DNA of 64,000 bases from Candidatus Micrarchaeia archaeon (GTDB lineage: Archaea > Micrarchaeota > Micrarchaeia > Burarchaeales > Fermentimicrarchaeaceae): assembly GCA_038871515.1 (NCBI GenBank), contig JAVZHX010000001.1, positions 397,638 to 461,637 on the forward strand, in the 5' to 3' direction. Shown in pieces: positions 1 to 9,799 of this stretch. Under the pieces are notes generated by a model. That model saw only the letters and a program-made list of their open reading frames with translations. It was not told the DNA's origin and ran no database searches. A program made the translations under genes and the position numbers. Numbering within the stretch: position 1 is the stretch's first letter; every line of letters begins with the position of its first letter.

Positions 1-225
1 GTTGAGAGAAGAGCAAATGAAATTATAAAGAAGGGTGGGGAGATAAGGACGTGGAGCGATGAGCAAAAGTTAAATTATCGTTACTGGGAGATTGATGGTT
101 TTCCAAAGATGCCGTGCGGTGGAACCCACCCAAAAAGGTTGGAGGAGATTGGTGAAATAATTGTTCAAAGAGGTAAAAAACCGGGTGCTGGGAAGGAGAG
201 GGTGGAGATACTGCTCAGAAACTAA
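1..225 (+). CDS. AlaX-like alanyl-tRNA editing domain protein, C-terminal fragment (5' end outside window)
   Basis: Frame 1 is open from the window edge to TAA at 223-225. The translation ...FPKMPCGGTHPKRLEEIGEIIV... carries the CGGTH zinc motif of the AlaRS/ThrRS second additional (editing) domain. Confidence 0.7.
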   Translation, partial: VERRANEIIKKGGEIRTWSDEQKLNYRYWEIDGFPKMPCGGTHPKRLEEIGEIIVQRGKKPGAGKERVEILLRN

Positions 226-253
226 TAAAAAAGAATGAAGAGAAATTGATGAC

Positions 254-529
254 ATGGATTGGAAGAAATTTGTAAAGCCAGATAAAAGAGTGCTGATGGT
301 TTTCTTAGTCTTAGTTGTATTGTCCGTAGTAATATCAATATTTGTCCGAGGTTCGGCAGGGCACCACCGGGATCAGTGTCTGAAAGAGACGCAGGGTCAT
401 AAGTTGTGTGATTATATTACTGGGTGGGGGTTTCCTTTTATGTGGATTAATATACACACGGATAACGCAGGGTACGAAAGGGATTACTGTAACGATCCAA
501 GTAGATTTTGTGATGTACTTGCATGCTGA
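254..529 (+). CDS. small Cys-rich membrane protein, hypothetical
   Basis: 91-aa ORF with one hydrophobic helix (VLMVFLVLVVLSVVISIFV) and several Cys. No recognisable family. Confidence 0.4.
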   Translation: MDWKKFVKPDKRVLMVFLVLVVLSVVISIFVRGSAGHHRDQCLKETQGHKLCDYITGWGFPFMWINIHTDNAGYERDYCNDPSRFCDVLAC

Positions 530-671
530 TAGGTGTTCAAATGTGTGTACGGGTTATGATGTTTGATCTTGTGAATTTCAGTTTGGATATGATTATTCTG
601 TATCTTGTGGCATTATTGGTTGTGCGCGTTTATGACTATTTGTTCAAAAAGAAAAGTAAGGAAAAGAAGCG

Positions 672-1208
672 TTAGAATTTCTCATAATGAATGATTTCAG
701 TTAATTTTCTTCTTTCTTTAGCTTGTGGTTTCTCATCTGGGTAGCCAACTGCAATTATTCCAATTATTTCATATTTTTCAGGTATTTTGAAAAATTTCTT
801 AAGTTCATTTATTGTTTTTTCAACTGCAAGCGGTCTGTACAGCCAAACGCTTCCCAAACCAAGTGCAGTTGCTGCAAGCAGCATGTTTTCAACAGCAGCT
901 GCTGTGGAAAGTTTGTGGGCTATTTTTTCAGTGTCAGAAAGAGTGATGATAAGAACTGCGTTTTCAATGAATTCTGTATTCTGCTTGTAGAAGCCTGCTG
1001 TGCTTGAAGCTTCGTCGTATATTTCTCTTACTTTTTTCCTTCCTTCGTTGCTGCGCACAATTATGAATTCCCATGGTTGGGTGTTCATTGCAGAAGGAGC
1101 CCACCTGCCAGCCTCAATTATTTTTTCAATTAATTCAAAAGGAACCTCCTTTTTCTTGAATTTTCTTACCATTCTTCTTTCCTTCACAACGGTGAAGAAG
1201 TCAGGCAT
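672..1208 (-). CDS. nitroreductase family protein
   Basis: 178 aa. RRMVRKFKKKEVP...IIEAGRWAPSAMNTQPWEFIIV is the typical NAD(P)H-flavin nitroreductase N-terminal signature. Confidence 0.85.
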   Translation of the reverse strand: MPDFFTVVKERRMVRKFKKKEVPFELIEKIIEAGRWAPSAMNTQPWEFIIVRSNEGRKKVREIYDEASSTAGFYKQNTEFIENAVLIITLSDTEKIAHKLSTAAAVENMLLAATALGLGSVWLYRPLAVEKTINELKKFFKIPEKYEIIGIIAVGYPDEKPQAKERRKLTEIIHYEKF

Positions 1209-1240
1209 GTTTTAATTTTTATATACCTATTTAAATAATT

Positions 1241-1606
1241 ATGAAGCTTCTGGAATGGTTGTTTGGTGTTGTGCTTCACGTTTTTCTTTTTTTCTCCTGG
1301 TGTGTTGGGGTTTGGTTGCAGCTGTATGGGGATTTTTGGAGTGGTGTAACTATTGTGGTGCTTGTGCTTCTTGTTGAGTTAGTGAGGGAGCTGTGGGGGG
1401 TGAGGAGGGTTAAGAAGATGGGGTGGTTGAAGATAGCTGGATGGTGCTTTGGTGCTTTCCTTTCCCTTTTCTTTTTAATTTTCACTGCAGTTATTGCAGT
1501 TGTTTTTGGCAGTAGAACGTGGCATATTCTGCTTTTCAACACTGCGCTTTCCACGCTTGTTTTTCTTTTTGGTTCGGCAGTGATGTTCTGGAGGAGCAGA
1601 AAATGA
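1241..1606 (+). CDS. membrane protein, hypothetical
   Basis: 121 aa with 3-4 hydrophobic segments. Its stop overlaps the next start (ATGA at 1603-1606). Confidence 0.5.
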   Translation: MKLLEWLFGVVLHVFLFFSWCVGVWLQLYGDFWSGVTIVVLVLLVELVRELWGVRRVKKMGWLKIAGWCFGAFLSLFFLIFTAVIAVVFGSRTWHILLFNTALSTLVFLFGSAVMFWRSRK

Positions 1607-2397
1607 AAATAGATGAGAAAATAAGGGCGATTGAGGAGGAGATGGCGAGGACGCAGTATCATAAGGGAACGGAGCACCATTTTGGTAAATTAAAGGCAAA
1701 GCTGGCTCAGCTGAGAAAGATGGCTGCTCAGAAAAGGGGTGGTGGGAAGAGGTTTTCTGTGAGAAAAAGTGGTGATGCAACTGTTGTCTTAATTGGGAGG
1801 GCGTTTGTTGGAAAGTCAAGTTTGTTTAATAGATTAACTGGCGCAAACTCGGAGGTGGGGGACCATCCTTACACAACGCAGAAAGTGATTCCAGGTATTA
1901 TGAGTTACAATGGTGTTCAGATTCAAATTCTTGATACGCCTGCTTTGGAGCTTGCTGAAGGGGAGATACTTTCTTTTGCGTCAATAGCGGATTTGGTTGT
2001 TGTGGTGTGTGAAGCTGGAGAGGATGTGAGCGGAATTGTTGATAAATTAAAGGGCAAGCTGTTGGTTGTTGTTAATAAATGCGATGTGAAAGAAGCTGAA
2101 GGTTTGTGCGTTTCTGCTTTAACGGGGGAGGGAGTGGAGAAGCTGAGGGAGGAAATTTATAATAAGTTGAGGTTGGTTAGGGTGTATATGAAGCCACGGG
2201 GAGGGAGGGTTGATTTCAGCAGGCCGCTTGTTTTAAAAGAGGGTGCAACTGTCAGGGATGTTTGGGAGAAGCTGAGGTTGAAGGGGGAGATGGAGCATGC
2301 AGTTGTTTGGGGGAAGTCTGCAAAGTTTCCTGGGCAGAAGGTGGGAGAGGAGCATGTTCTAAAAGATGGGGATGTGATAACAATTGCGGTGAAGTGA
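1603..2397 (+). CDS. DRG/Obg-family GTP-binding protein with C-terminal TGS domain
   Basis: The internal ATG at 1603 gives MKIDEKIRAIEEEMARTQYHKGTEHHFGKLKAKLAQL (DRG N-terminus). G1 is GRAFVGKS, G4 is NKCD, and the C-terminal TGS-like segment is VLKDGDVITI. Confidence 0.85.
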   Translation: MKIDEKIRAIEEEMARTQYHKGTEHHFGKLKAKLAQLRKMAAQKRGGGKRFSVRKSGDATVVLIGRAFVGKSSLFNRLTGANSEVGDHPYTTQKVIPGIMSYNGVQIQILDTPALELAEGEILSFASIADLVVVVCEAGEDVSGIVDKLKGKLLVVVNKCDVKEAEGLCVSALTGEGVEKLREEIYNKLRLVRVYMKPRGGRVDFSRPLVLKEGATVRDVWEKLRLKGEMEHAVVWGKSAKFPGQKVGEEHVLKDGDVITIAVK

Positions 2398-2819
2398 TGG
2401 TTTCGCTGAAGTATTGGGAGTGGGAGGATGCGGTGCTGAAGGAGAAGTTGAAAGCACTTTCTGTTAAAGAAATTGCAAGGGTTTATTTCAAAAATGAAAC
2501 GCAAGCGTATAGATTTGCTTCTGCGCTGCTGCTTGTGAAAAGAAAAGGTGCGGTTAGGTTGAGGGAGTGCCCGGAGGAGCTGCCCGTTGCAACGTGGAAG
2601 AGGTATTTGGATTTTGGGGTGCAGGTTGGAATTCTGAAGCATGAGGATGAGGTTTATTCATTCACAGATAGATTCACAAAACCATTGAAAAACTTTGGAG
2701 TGTATATTAGGGAGTGGGTGGAGAAAGGAAATCCAAATGAGGATTTGGGGATGATGTTTGCGCTTGCAAGAAGAGAGAAGGAGAAGAAAAGAGGGGGGAG
2801 AGCTATCTCTTCGCCATAG
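2397..2819 (+). CDS. hypothetical protein
   Basis: The ATG at 2397 overlaps the preceding TGA by 1 nt. 140 aa with no recognised motif. The longer ORF from 2262 overlaps the GTPase gene and is not used. Confidence 0.5.
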   Translation: MVSLKYWEWEDAVLKEKLKALSVKEIARVYFKNETQAYRFASALLLVKRKGAVRLRECPEELPVATWKRYLDFGVQVGILKHEDEVYSFTDRFTKPLKNFGVYIREWVEKGNPNEDLGMMFALARREKEKKRGGRAISSP

Positions 2820-3903
2820 CAGCAAGCACCCTTTCCCTTGCAATTGTCATCGCAGCATCTCTTGGTGAAATTGAATCACTCTTGGCTTTTTCAAGTATTA
2901 ATTTAGTATTCCTCTTTATTTTCTCACTGATTAACTGGAAAGCCTGAGCGACGTTTCCTCCAATGTGCTCAGTGTATGAGGAGATAACTCCACCTGCATT
3001 TGCAATTATGTCTGGAACGATGATGACTCCTCTTTCATAAAGCATTCGCTCGCTTCCGGGAGTTGCGGGTATGTTGGCTGCCTCAACAATTATTTTTGCT
3101 TTTATTATGCTCACATCTCTTTCAGTTATAACATCTGGCCTTGCTCCTGGTATCAGTATATCAACAGGCAAGCTGAACAGCTCCTCTGTTGCAAGCTTCT
3201 TTCCAGAAGGATGCTCACAAACTGCTCCCTTCTCCTTTTTTGTTTTCATAAGCTCCTCGTAATCAAGTCCTGCTTCATCATAGATTGCTCCCTTTGAGTC
3301 AGAAACTGCAACAATTTTTGCTCCTTTTTCTGAAAGGAATTTCATTGTGAAAGTTCCAACGTTGCCAAACCCCTCAATTGCAACAGTTGCTCCCTTTAAA
3401 CTTATGCCTGCAAATTCAGCTGCAACTTCTGTTGATTCCGCAACTCCAAAACCGGTTGAGCCTGTTTCATGTGGTATTCCTCCAAGAGAAGCAGGCTTGC
3501 CTGTTGCTGCTTTTGGGTTTCCAACTCCCTCAACGAATGCTCTCATTTCCTCTGCCCCAGTATTCATATCAGGAGCTGCGATGTATTCGTTTGGGCAGAG
3601 CGATTTCAAAGCAGCTCCAAAAGTTCGGAGCATGTATTGCCTGTCACCTTTTGGGTCTCCACGTATTCCGCTTTTCGCTCCTCCAAAAGGAAGCTCCGCA
3701 ATTGCATTCTTCCACGTCATTGCCCTTGCAAGCCTTGCAACTTCCTTAACAGTTACATCTGGCGTTAACCTTATCCCTCCTTTTCCAACTCCTAAAGCAG
3801 TGTTATCTATTACAAGTATTCCCTTCATCCCTGTTTTTGGGTCGTAGGTTACAATTGTTTTCTCTGGGCCGAATTCATCAGTTATTTTATTGTTGTTCTC
3901 CAT
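2803..3903 (-). CDS. Glu/Leu/Phe/Val dehydrogenase family protein (short, 366 aa)
   Basis: Contains GGIRLTPDVTVKEVARLARAMTWKNAIAELPFGGAKSGI (catalytic Lys region) and the Rossmann motif GFGNVG. Confidence 0.9.
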   Translation of the reverse strand: MENNNKITDEFGPEKTIVTYDPKTGMKGILVIDNTALGVGKGGIRLTPDVTVKEVARLARAMTWKNAIAELPFGGAKSGIRGDPKGDRQYMLRTFGAALKSLCPNEYIAAPDMNTGAEEMRAFVEGVGNPKAATGKPASLGGIPHETGSTGFGVAESTEVAAEFAGISLKGATVAIEGFGNVGTFTMKFLSEKGAKIVAVSDSKGAIYDEAGLDYEELMKTKKEKGAVCEHPSGKKLATEELFSLPVDILIPGARPDVITERDVSIIKAKIIVEAANIPATPGSERMLYERGVIIVPDIIANAGGVISSYTEHIGGNVAQAFQLISEKIKRNTKLILEKAKSDSISPRDAAMTIARERVLAAMAKR

Positions 3904-3950
3904 CTGATCGCCTCGGAGAATAAGTTTAAGTTGAGAAAAGAATAAAAAGG

Positions 3951-4394
3951 GTGGGGAGCAATAGGATAGAAGGTGGTTTGGTGAAGCTTCTTGATTTGTT
4001 TGGCAAGAAGGATGTGGGAGAGGAGCTCACAAAAAAGGTTCCTTATGCGATGAAGCTGAGTTTTCATCCTTACAGGTTGAATGCAAATAAAATGGAAAGC
4101 GTGATGTTGATTATTGAGCTGAAAAATCTTAAGGAGGAGCCACTGCTCACCTCAGTTATTGTTAAACTTCCGAAAAATTTGGGGTTTGACCAGACTGCTT
4201 TATCAAGCACAAGAGAGATAAGGCTGGGGGATTTGAAGCCGGGTGAGGAGAAAGTGGTGAGAGTGGATGTGTGGGGCAACCCAAGGACGGATGCAGGAGA
4301 GTATCCAGTTGAAGTGACTGCAATCTGCCATTACAGAAATTACAGCTATGTTTTGAATGCTGAGAAAAAAGAGATAACGCTGAGGGTTGTTTAG
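3951..4394 (+). CDS. hypothetical protein (start uncertain, GTG at 3951)
   Basis: 147-aa ORF predicted to be beta-rich. No family recognised. Confidence 0.45.
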   Translation: MGSNRIEGGLVKLLDLFGKKDVGEELTKKVPYAMKLSFHPYRLNANKMESVMLIIELKNLKEEPLLTSVIVKLPKNLGFDQTALSSTREIRLGDLKPGEEKVVRVDVWGNPRTDAGEYPVEVTAICHYRNYSYVLNAEKKEITLRVV

Positions 4395-4679
4395 TTACTT
4401 CTGCGGTGTTTTTTCCTCCTCAAGCTTCTGCATGAGTTCACTTAGCGAAGTTGCGAGCTGCATTCCTTTTTCAGTGAGTTTTATTTTTTTCAATCTTCCC
4501 TTTGGCTCAACGGTTATAAGGTTGGATTTTTTAAGTTCTTTAAGGAGTTTTACTGTGTGAACGTATGTGGTGCTGCACGCTGAAGCCAGGTTTGATGCAT
4601 ACCACTCCTTTGAAGCGTCCTTGAGCTGAAGGAAGATGCAGAGTGGCTTTTTTCTGAAGATAATTTCTTTCAATCCCAC
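4395..4679 (-). CDS. winged-helix DNA-binding protein (ArsR/MarR-like)
   Basis: 94 aa. The pattern ...WYASNLASACSTTYVHTVKLLKELKKSNLITVEPKGRLKKIKLTEKG is typical of a wHTH. Confidence 0.6.
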   Translation of the reverse strand: MGLKEIIFRKKPLCIFLQLKDASKEWYASNLASACSTTYVHTVKLLKELKKSNLITVEPKGRLKKIKLTEKGMQLATSLSELMQKLEEEKTPQK

Positions 4680-4761
4680 AGGTTTATTATTGAGCTCACT
4701 TCTTAAAAACGTAACCTTTTTAAATAGAAAAGTGAAAAAGTGAAACGTAAGTGGTGATTGG

Positions 4762-5052
4762 ATGACTATGAGGCTCTCTCGGTTATATGGGATGGATATA
4801 TACAGCGATACTGGAAAATACCTGGGAAGGGTTATTGATTTGATACTTGATTTGGAGAAGGGGGAAGTTGTGAGGATGACTATGCAGCCCCTTATGGCGG
4901 TTAGCAGGGAGGAAGCAAGAAGAATACTGAGAGAGGCGAGTGTGCTTTATAAGAATGTTAAATCTGTTGAGGATGTGGTTGTTGTAACGAAAGGAACTGC
5001 TGCTGAGAAGCTTGCTGAACTTCCGGAAGAGGAGATAAGGGGTTATAGGTAA
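4762..5052 (+). CDS. PRC-barrel domain protein
   Basis: LYGMDIYSDTGKYLGRVIDLILDLEKGEV matches the archaeal PRC-barrel pattern. Confidence 0.7.
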   Translation: MTMRLSRLYGMDIYSDTGKYLGRVIDLILDLEKGEVVRMTMQPLMAVSREEARRILREASVLYKNVKSVEDVVVVTKGTAAEKLAELPEEEIRGYR

Positions 5053-5646
5053 TCAACCCAAGTCAGCGTGCAGTTTCTTCAATTCCTCCTCACTTTTCTT
5101 ATATCTCAGCATGAGCTCGTCTATTATTGAGTCTAGGAAAATCATTGTGGAGAGCTCAAAAAGAGTTCCAAGGGGAGTGAGTGGTTCGTGTTCCCCGCTG
5201 AGCTGCCTTGCCTCATAATCCCTTTTTGCTTCCTCTGGGCGCCTTCCTTTTATCTGAACGACAACGTCTGAAAGTTTTCCAATTTCTGAGTTTGGGTCAG
5301 AGGTTATGCTGACAACCTTCACTCCTTTCTCCTTTGCAACTTTTGCTGCAACGACAACTGAAATTGTTCTGCCAGAGCCTGAAACGAGGATGAGTAAATC
5401 GTCTTTTGAGAGCGCAGGGGTGATAACCTCGCCGAGAACGTAAACTGTGAAGCCTAGGTGCATCAGCCGCATGCCGAATGCTTTTGCAACAAGCCCACTT
5501 CTTCCAGCCCCTCCAATAAATATTCTTTTTGCGTTTATTATTGAGTCAATGAACTGATCTATGCTTTTTCTGTCAATTTCCTTCAGCTGCTCTGCTATTT
5601 TTTGGGTGAGCTTTTCCATTCTTTTCTGTATCATTTTATCACTCAA
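5053..5646 (-). CDS. hxlB: 6-phospho-3-hexuloisomerase (SIS domain, RuMP pathway)
   Basis: RIFIGGAGRSGLVAKAFGMRLMHLGFTVYVLGEVITPALSKDDLLILVSGSGRT is the PHI/SIS signature. Confidence 0.85.
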   Translation of the reverse strand: MSDKMIQKRMEKLTQKIAEQLKEIDRKSIDQFIDSIINAKRIFIGGAGRSGLVAKAFGMRLMHLGFTVYVLGEVITPALSKDDLLILVSGSGRTISVVVAAKVAKEKGVKVVSITSDPNSEIGKLSDVVVQIKGRRPEEAKRDYEARQLSGEHEPLTPLGTLFELSTMIFLDSIIDELMLRYKKSEEELKKLHADLG

Positions 5647-5721
5647 TTAGTTTTTGTTGGATGTGTTTATTAACCCATGCGAAGCGCATTGGATATTTAT
5701 ATTTTCTGTCTAATTAATATT

Positions 5722-6579
5722 ATGGAAAAATATCTTCTCGTAAGCCCAAACTGCGCTGATTTATGTGCGCCGAATTTTGAAATAAAAAAGTTCCCTGATG
5801 GAGAGAATTATATTCGCATTCCAGAGGTTGAGAGGCTTGAGGGGAAGGATGTTGTGATTCTGCATAGGTGCTATCCTGAGCAGGATTCGCGTTTGTTTCA
5901 GCTCTTCCATATTTTGGAAGTAGTAACCCCTTTGGCTGCGCGCGTAACAGCAATAGTTCCATATCTTCCATATGCGAGGAAGGATGAGAAAGCTCAAAAA
6001 GGTGAGGTGAAGTCTGCAAGGTTGTTGTGCAAAATGCTTGCAGATGCAGGTGTTGATGAGCTGGTTACGTTTGACTGCCATTTCATACAGGAAGGGGAAG
6101 GGAGAATTAACTACGCTGGGTTGGATATAGATAACCGCTCGCTTGCTCCTGAGCTGCTTGAGTATCTGAAGCCAAAGGTGAGAAATCCTGTTTTCATATC
6201 TCCTGATGTGGGAACTGCGTATATGGTGAAAAAAGTGGGCGGGGTGAGTATGGAGAAGAAGCTAGGTGACTACGTGCAAGGGCCAGTTATATTCAGGCAG
6301 ATAATTGAGGAGAAGCTGGATTTTGATGTGAGCGGGAGGGATGTGGTATTGATAGATGATATGATAATTGCTGGGGAGACAATGATAAGGGCGGCACAGG
6401 TTTGTAAGAAAGGGGGTGCGAAGAGAATTGTGTGCGCTGCTGTTCATGGGTTGCTTGTGAGCTGCGCGTTTGACAAGATACGGGCTGCGGGAGCGAAGGA
6501 AGTTGTTGTCAGCGACAGCATACCTGGGCCTGCGGCAGTTGTGAGCGTTAAGAGAAAGCTGACTGATTATTTACCTTAA
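5722..6579 (+). CDS. prs: ribose-phosphate pyrophosphokinase (PRPP synthetase), paralog 1
   Basis: Contains FPDGENYIRIPE, YLPYARKDE, and the PRPP-binding loop VVLIDDMIIAGETM. Start taken at the internal ATG at 5722. Confidence 0.85.
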   Translation: MEKYLLVSPNCADLCAPNFEIKKFPDGENYIRIPEVERLEGKDVVILHRCYPEQDSRLFQLFHILEVVTPLAARVTAIVPYLPYARKDEKAQKGEVKSARLLCKMLADAGVDELVTFDCHFIQEGEGRINYAGLDIDNRSLAPELLEYLKPKVRNPVFISPDVGTAYMVKKVGGVSMEKKLGDYVQGPVIFRQIIEEKLDFDVSGRDVVLIDDMIIAGETMIRAAQVCKKGGAKRIVCAAVHGLLVSCAFDKIRAAGAKEVVVSDSIPGPAAVVSVKRKLTDYLP

Positions 6580-6619
6580 TATATTTTTTCATTCCAATTA
6601 GTTATGTTGAAGTGGGAGG

Positions 6620-7255
6620 ATGGCTGAGGTTATACCTGCAATATTAGTGAAAAGCAGAGAGGAGTTGCTGGAGCATATAGAGAGGGTTAGGGGAAGTGTT
6701 TCAAAGGTGCATATAGATATGATGGATAATGAGTTTGTCCCAAATAAAACGATTGGGTTGGAAAGCATTGAGGAGTTGCCAAATGGTTTGTCATATGAGT
6801 TTCACTGGATGGTGAAAAACCCTGAGAGGTGGGTTGAAAAAGTGAGAGGGAAACACCTTCATCTGATTCATGTGGAAACAATAAACAAAAGGAGTTGGGA
6901 GGAGTTGAAGGAAATATGCGAAAAGGAAGGTTGCGAACTTGGGCTGGTGCTGAATCCAGAAACAGGAGTGGAGAAGCTTGAGCAGTATGTAAAGGATGTT
7001 TCGCGCGTGCTTGTTATGGCAGTTCATCCTGGTTTTTATGGGCAGAAGTACATGCCAGAAGTTGAGGAGAAAATTCGTGCGCTCCGGGAGAGGTTTCCTG
7101 AGCTGGAAATAGAGGTGGATGGGGGAGTGAACCCAGAAACTGCAAGAAGGGCTTGCGGGGCTGGCGCAAACGTGCTTGCAGCTGCAAGCGCGGTGTATTC
7201 AGCGAAGAACCCAGGAGAAGCAATTGAAAAAATAAGGGCTGCGGGTGGTGAGTGA
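6620..7255 (+). CDS. rpe: ribulose-phosphate 3-epimerase
   Basis: Contains HIDMMDNEFVPN...MAVHPGFYGQKY...EVDGGVN. Confidence 0.9.
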   Translation: MAEVIPAILVKSREELLEHIERVRGSVSKVHIDMMDNEFVPNKTIGLESIEELPNGLSYEFHWMVKNPERWVEKVRGKHLHLIHVETINKRSWEELKEICEKEGCELGLVLNPETGVEKLEQYVKDVSRVLVMAVHPGFYGQKYMPEVEEKIRALRERFPELEIEVDGGVNPETARRACGAGANVLAAASAVYSAKNPGEAIEKIRAAGGE

Positions 7256-8163
7256 TGGTTGAGGATGCGGGAAAGCAGATGCTTCTTGAAGCTGCTCCGC
7301 CAGAGGTTGGGATGAAAAAGGTAACGGATTTGAGAAAGCTGTATTTGATTGCGAATAATATAAGAAAGGATGTTGTGAGAATGCTGCATGAAGCTAAATC
7401 TGGGCATCCTGCTGGTGCGATTGGGCTTGCGGACGTGTTCGCTGCGCTTTATTTCAACGTGCTAAACCATGATCCTAAAAATCCGGAGTGGCCAGGGAGG
7501 GATAGGCTTGTTCTCTCAAACGGGCATGTATGCCCTGTGATGTATGCAGCAATGGCAGAAGCTGGTTACTTTCCAAAGGAGGAGCTTATGACGCTGAGGA
7601 AGCTTGGCTCAAGGTTGCAGGGGCATCCACACAGAGGTTCGTTGCCTGGAGTTGAGAATAGTTCGGGTCCGCTTGGGCAGGGTTTGTCAATAGCTGTTGG
7701 GATGGCGATTGTTGCGAAGAGGGAGAGGAAGAGCTGGAGGGTTTACTGTGTTTGTTCTGATGGGGAGCAGGATGAGGGGCAGACGTGGGAGGCTGTTCTT
7801 CTTGCAGCAAAGTACAAGCTTGGGAATTTGACTGTGATAATGGATAGGAATAATATTCAGATTGATGGGTTCACTGAGGAGGTTCTTCCTCTTGAGCCGC
7901 TTGCTGAAAAATATAGGGCGTTCAACTGGCATGTGATAGAGGTTGATGGGCATAATATAAGGCAGATTATTGATGCGTGCAACGAGGCGAAGAGGGTGAT
8001 TGACAGACCAACGATGATAATTGCGCATACAATTCCTGGCAAGGATGTTTCGTTTATGGAGTTTGTTGCCGATTGGCATGGGAAGCCTCCTGGGGATAAG
8101 GAAGCTACAACTGCGCTTGGTGATTTGGAGGAGGAGGGGAGGTTCTACGGGGGAGAGGAATGA
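7252..8163 (+). CDS. tkt: transketolase, N-terminal subunit
   Basis: Contains SGHPAGAIGLADVFAALYF, LSNGHVCP and SDGEQDEGQTWEA (TPP-binding). The stop overlaps the next start. Confidence 0.9.
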   Translation: MMVEDAGKQMLLEAAPPEVGMKKVTDLRKLYLIANNIRKDVVRMLHEAKSGHPAGAIGLADVFAALYFNVLNHDPKNPEWPGRDRLVLSNGHVCPVMYAAMAEAGYFPKEELMTLRKLGSRLQGHPHRGSLPGVENSSGPLGQGLSIAVGMAIVAKRERKSWRVYCVCSDGEQDEGQTWEAVLLAAKYKLGNLTVIMDRNNIQIDGFTEEVLPLEPLAEKYRAFNWHVIEVDGHNIRQIIDACNEAKRVIDRPTMIIAHTIPGKDVSFMEFVADWHGKPPGDKEATTALGDLEEEGRFYGGEE

Positions 8164-9155
8164 GTTCAAAAATAAATAAAGAGATGGCGTTGATAGAGCC
8201 GATAGATGCGCCACAAGCGAAAAAAACAAGCAGGGAGGGGTTTGGGAAGGCGCTTGTTGAGCTGGGGATGGAAAACCCGAATGTTTGGGTGGTAACTGCA
8301 GACGTTTCAGAGAGCACAATGGCGCATTGGTTTGAGGAGAAGTTTCCAGAGAGGTTTGTTCAGGTTGGGGTTGCCGAGCAGAACCTTGCGGGAGTGGCTG
8401 CGGGAATTGCTTCTTGTGGGAAGGTTGTTTTCATCTCTGCTTACGGTGTTTTCTCTCCTGGGAGAAACTGGGATCAGGTGAGGGTGGCGATATGTTATAA
8501 TGATGTGCCCGTGAAGCTTCATGGCTCACATACTGGGGTGACTGTTGGGCCGGATGGAGCATCTCACCAGGCGCTTGAGGATATTGCGATTACGAGGGTT
8601 CTTCCAAATATGACTGTGGTTGTGCCGGCTGATGCGGAGGAGGCGAGGAAAGCAACAATTGAGGTTGCGAAGTTGAAGGGTGCTGCGTATATAAGGACGT
8701 GCAGGGAGAAGATGCCTGTTTTCACAACTGCGGCAACACCGTTCAAAATAGGAAAGGCGAATGTTTACAGATTTGGTGATGATGTTGCAATTTTTGCGTG
8801 CGGTCCTGTTGTTTATGAATCCATCCTTGCAGCTGAGAAGCTTGAGAGGGAGGGAATTTCGTGCGCTGTTGTTGACTGCCACACAGTGAAACCAATCGAT
8901 GTTGAAGCTGTAGAGTATTGGGCTGGGAAAACGAAGTTTATTGTGAGTGTTGAGGAGCATCAGGTGAGCGGTGGATTGGGGGGAGCAATTGCAGAAGTTT
9001 TGAGCGAGTTCAAGGGTGAGTGTGCGCTCAAGCGCCATGGAATAAGGGATACTTTCTGCGAGTCAGGCACTGCATTGGAGTTATTGAAAAAGTATGGGTT
9101 GGATGCTGATGGAATAGCGCAGTTTGTGCGCGAGAGTTATGAGGTGAGAGAATGA
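8160..9155 (+). CDS. tkt: transketolase, C-terminal subunit
   Basis: Contains [38 protein letters not shown] and the C-terminal [10 protein letters not shown]. Confidence 0.9.
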   Translation: MSSKINKEMALIEPIDAPQAKKTSREGFGKALVELGMENPNVWVVTADVSESTMAHWFEEKFPERFVQVGVAEQNLAGVAAGIASCGKVVFISAYGVFSPGRNWDQVRVAICYNDVPVKLHGSHTGVTVGPDGASHQALEDIAITRVLPNMTVVVPADAEEARKATIEVAKLKGAAYIRTCREKMPVFTTAATPFKIGKANVYRFGDDVAIFACGPVVYESILAAEKLEREGISCAVVDCHTVKPIDVEAVEYWAGKTKFIVSVEEHQVSGGLGGAIAEVLSEFKGECALKRHGIRDTFCESGTALELLKKYGLDADGIAQFVRESYEVRE

Positions 9156-9799
9156 AATTCTTTCTTGATACGGCAAATGTTGAGCAGATAAAAAGAGGGG
9201 TGGAAGCGGGTGTTGTTGATGGGGTTACAACAAACCCAACGCTGATTGCAAAGGAGGGGAGAAGCCAGAAAGAGTTGATAAAGGAGATAGCTGCAATTGT
9301 GAAAGGTCCTATCTCTGTTGAGGGGAATGGGGTTACTTGCGAGGAGCTTGTGAGGGAAGCGGAAGTTTATGCGAAGTGGGCGCCAAACATAGTTGTGAAA
9401 ATTCCTATGACTGAGGAGGGAATTAAAGCGGTGAGAATTCTTGAGAAGAAGGGAATAAGGACGAATGTGACGCTTGTTTTCAGCGCAAGCCAGGCGCTGA
9501 TTGCCGCAAAGGCAGGCGCAAGCTTTGTCTCTCCTTTCATAGGGAGGTTGGATGATAATTCAATGAATGGAATGGAGTTGGTGAGAGAGATAATGCAGAT
9601 TTATAGGAATTATGGGTTTAAGACAGAGGTGATAGTTGCAAGCATACGCCATCCCCTTCATGTGGTTGAGGCAGCAAAAGCAGGTGCGCCAATTGCAACG
9701 ATACCACCAGATGTGCTGGCTAAAATGTGGAATCATCCTTTAACTGATGTTGGAATAAAGAAGTTCAGGGAGGATTTTGCTAAAACAGAAAAGAAATAG
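9152..9799 (+). CDS. tal: transaldolase (short Fsa/TalC type)
   Basis: Contains [13 protein letters not shown]...GVTTNPTL...VVKIPMT...[11 protein letters not shown]. Confidence 0.9.
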   Translation: MKFFLDTANVEQIKRGVEAGVVDGVTTNPTLIAKEGRSQKELIKEIAAIVKGPISVEGNGVTCEELVREAEVYAKWAPNIVVKIPMTEEGIKAVRILEKKGIRTNVTLVFSASQALIAAKAGASFVSPFIGRLDDNSMNGMELVREIMQIYRNYGFKTEVIVASIRHPLHVVEAAKAGAPIATIPPDVLAKMWNHPLTDVGIKKFREDFAKTEKK